DNA from: Paragordius varius
Lineage: Eukaryota; Animalia; Nematomorpha
NCBI GenBank assembly: GCA_964247055.1
Contig: OZ176058.1
Coordinates: 1,984,001 to 2,048,000, forward strand
Direction: 5' to 3'
Length of the DNA: 64,000 nt
Shown here: one piece after another, positions 61,440-64,000 of the stretch
Position numbering within the stretch: the first letter of the stretch is position 1
Layout of the letters: the number at the start of each line of letters is the position of its first letter
The notes under the pieces: model-generated
What the model was told of the DNA's origin: nothing
Database searches by the model: none
Seen by the model: only the letters and a program-made list of their open reading frames with translations
Made by a program: the position numbers and the translations under genes

Positions 61440-62565
61440 TAACCATAATTTTGGAAGTAATTTTTATTTTAGGCTCCACTCCAGATATTAAACGCCGCAG
61501 AGCATTAGAAAAGTCAGTTGCGAACAAGTTGACTAAATTATGAACAAGTAAAGATATCACTATAAAAACCAAAAAGAGAATAATGAAATGCATGGTTTTT
61601 CCGGTAGCAACTTAAGCTGCCGAAAGTTGGACACTAAAACAGAATGATAGATAAAGGATTGCAGCATTTGAAATTTGGTGTTAGAGGAAAATGATCAATA
61701 TTCGATGGTCTGACAAGGTTAAGAACGACACAATAAGAATAACATTAAATATTGAGCTAAACACTTCGATTCAAATTGGGTTATCTAAATACCCCAGACT
61801 AAATTTATAATATTTTTAAAAAACTACTGAAGGAAACGGTCCCGGTTTCAATTTATTCTTCTATCCTTATAAAAATTATATATATATATATATGCCAAAA
61901 TATTTTAATAAAATTTTGTTTTGAAAAAAAAGTTCCATCACAAACTACTTCGACGCCATTTTTATTTTACAAAATTTTTGCGAAATATCGTCTTCATTTA
62001 ATTTTAAGGGTAAAACTAAAGCTAATCTTTTATTTGATTTACATCTAACATTGATAGAAATAGAAAAAGTGCTCTATTTTGTATTATTTTTAATTATACC
62101 ACTGCAGACATGTCACGTTCACTAAATTTTTACCTTTTGGTTTTAGCTTAAAAGAAATCAAATAATTTTTAAAATATTTATATATTTCGGTTTATTATGT
62201 TATATAAGTGCCAAGTTTTGTCATGGTTTCGATTCCTTCCATATTTAAAGAATTTAATATTAAACAGGCCTGGGGTATTTAAGCTGTATCCAGGTGTTAA
62301 TGGAAGCTATAATAAAAAGAAAGTTCACGTACATTGGTCACATTTTAAGAAGTACATCTCTTGAGAAGCATTTGATTTTTGGAAAAGTTGAAGGGAAAAG
62401 AAAAAAAAGGAAGACCAATGTTAAGATGGCTGGATACTATAAAGAAGGATATAAAGGAATTGAAAGAAACTGAATGGGAAAGAGACAAGTGGAGAGAATT
62501 CGTCATTTTAATATCCAAGGGGTCGAACTCGACCTAAGGAATTACCTACCTACCTACCTACCTAA
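61440..62565 (+). mobile_element. 5'-truncated, degenerate RTE-clade non-LTR retrotransposon (ORF2 C-terminus), split by the piggyBac-like element
   Basis: DIKRRRAL...TKKRIMKCMVFPVAT*AAESWTLK...RIAAFEIWC*RKMINIRWSDKVKN, then KRKFTYIGHILR...LIFGKVEGKRKKGRPMLRWLDTIKKD; ends in a (CCTA)n tail at about 62544-62564. Confidence 0.88.
61762..62296. mobile_element. piggyBac-like non-autonomous element inserted in an RTE relic
   Basis: CACTTCGATTCAA...CTGTATCCAGGTG|TTAA; homologous (inverted) to 12883-13441; left flank reads TAAA. Confidence 0.75.
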
Positions 62566-63976
62566 TTCATTTACAAATAAAAAATTTTATTTAAAAACCA
62601 CTTTTTCGTGTGCCAAAATTTTGAAATCATTTTAATGTAGGGAAATTTTTCTGCATTTCAAATTGGGTAAAAAATAAAAATTAACAAATTTAAATCTGAA
62701 AATAATTAATATTAAAATAAGCGAAAATTCGTTTTTGTGTATTTTAAAAATTCATTAATTAAAAAAATAATAAGTATCAATATGGTAAGACACTCTTTGT
62801 AAGTTTATATTTATTTTGTTTTTAGCAATAAATACATTTTGATAAATAAAATATGTCAAAAACTGGTTAAAAAAAAAGTTTAAAAAAGCGCATAAAATTG
62901 GGGGATATAAAATAATATATATATTTGTTAGTAAATTACATCAGGATAATCGTGATAACAATTTGGTTTGAGAATCATTACATTTTTTATTTTTTTGTAG
63001 GAGATGGCATTTGGGTTATTTAATACCATGTTGTTTTGGAAAGTTTAATTAATTAAGATTATTCTTCGTTATTTTAAAGATTTTATATTTCTATATAAGT
63101 GTGCGAGCCTTGAATAGTTTTCGGAAAACGTATAAGCCTATTCTAATTCCAATGTGAAACATCTTCGATCATTTTTATGCAGTGACAAAGTCCCATTTTT
63201 AAATTAAATCTGCATACCACCCCTTGTTGAAATCGGGGTTTATAAAAATGAATGTTCCTAAAATTTTAAGTATAAAGGATGTAACTTGTAGGCCCACTTA
63301 GTTTCAATAGTATGTTTTTTGTTATACGAATGGGACAATATTGCAAAGCCTTTTCAAAATTAGCACCTCAGTATTGCCCCGTACTTAATGCGAAAATGGC
63401 GTTTTTGTAATTTTTTTAAATTATGCAAAACGTGTAAAGGCAGATTAAACAATGAAGCGGTTAGTTATAAAAACAAAACAAAATTCGCATTTTAATTTTT
63501 ATGTGCTCCCAAATTGTAATCGATTGCTGAAGATTGCTTTAAACTCAATTAACTGAACAATTTTGGTCTCCAAAATTAAATTAAATAAAGAGACTGTCAT
63601 AAATAATTAGGCATATATATAAATAATTTAAAGTTATTTTATACTCTTTCCAAGCTCCAGAATATCTCAAATATTATCTATAAATTAAGTTTCATGCAAA
63701 TAATTATTAGAATTTTTTTATATTATATTTTAGCCTTTAATATAAATTTTTTGGGCAATTTAGGCATTGCGAGCTTATTCAACACAACATAATTTATTAT
63801 GTGCAATGATATTTATGGCTTTTTTAACCAGGTTATTTACTATTGTTTGAAAAGTTGTTTCTACTTGAAGTTTTTTATATGATACCATAAATTTACTGAT
63901 CAATTTTATATTATTTGTATTTTGCAGCCCTAATATGCATTTGTTTGTCTGTTGTATTCATAATTCGTCAAAATTA

Positions 63977-63991
63977 GGAAGTAAAATGGCG
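63977..63991 (+). promoter_or_regulatory. ETS (GGAAGT) / YY1 (AAAATGGCG)-like composite motif
   Basis: GGAAGTAAAATGGCG seen directly; function inferred from motif resemblance only. Confidence 0.3.
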
Positions 63992-64000
63992 GAGAAAAAG
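63986..64000 (+). CDS. Possible start of a downstream gene (MAEKK...), truncated by the window end
   Basis: GGAAGTAAAATGGCGGAGAAAAAG: ATG in strong context inside an ETS/YY1-like motif; only 5 codons are visible. Confidence 0.35.

Noticed and set aside
1-64000. Organellar, prokaryotic or non-standard-code origin
   Set aside because: Two conserved nuclear genes translate cleanly in the standard code across GT-AG introns. No rRNA, tRNA or operon structure was seen. The species cannot be assigned from the sequence alone.

Overview
Extremely AT-rich (roughly 80% by eye) eukaryotic, most likely invertebrate, genomic DNA with small exons and repeat-filled introns. I assembled three spliced genes by hand, with GT-AG boundaries and consistent phases. 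(1) The last three coding exons of proteasome subunit beta type-1 (PSMB1, + strand, 3040-6327). (2) A 3-exon secreted Cys-containing protein (+, 17428-19740, 281 aa) whose C-terminus looks like a degenerate TGF-beta/activin mature domain. (3) A complete 17-exon, 831-aa transglutaminase with intact Cys-His-Asp triad (- strand, 57875-25392). A fourth gene may start in the last 15 nt. Intergenic and intronic DNA holds about 30 copies of a Tc1/mariner-type MITE, about 10 copies of a foldback MITE with 21-nt subterminal repeats, piggyBac-like and hAT-like MITEs, and relics of a Harbinger transposase and an RTE retrotransposon. The most unusual signal is a set of tandem arrays anchored at exon boundaries in both the transglutaminase and PSMB1. 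Each unit copies a splice site plus 25-100 nt of the neighbouring exon, copies generally decay with distance from the exon, and several differ from the live exon almost only at synonymous positions. Most ORFs in the supplied track are spurious. No CRISPR, rRNA or tRNA was found.
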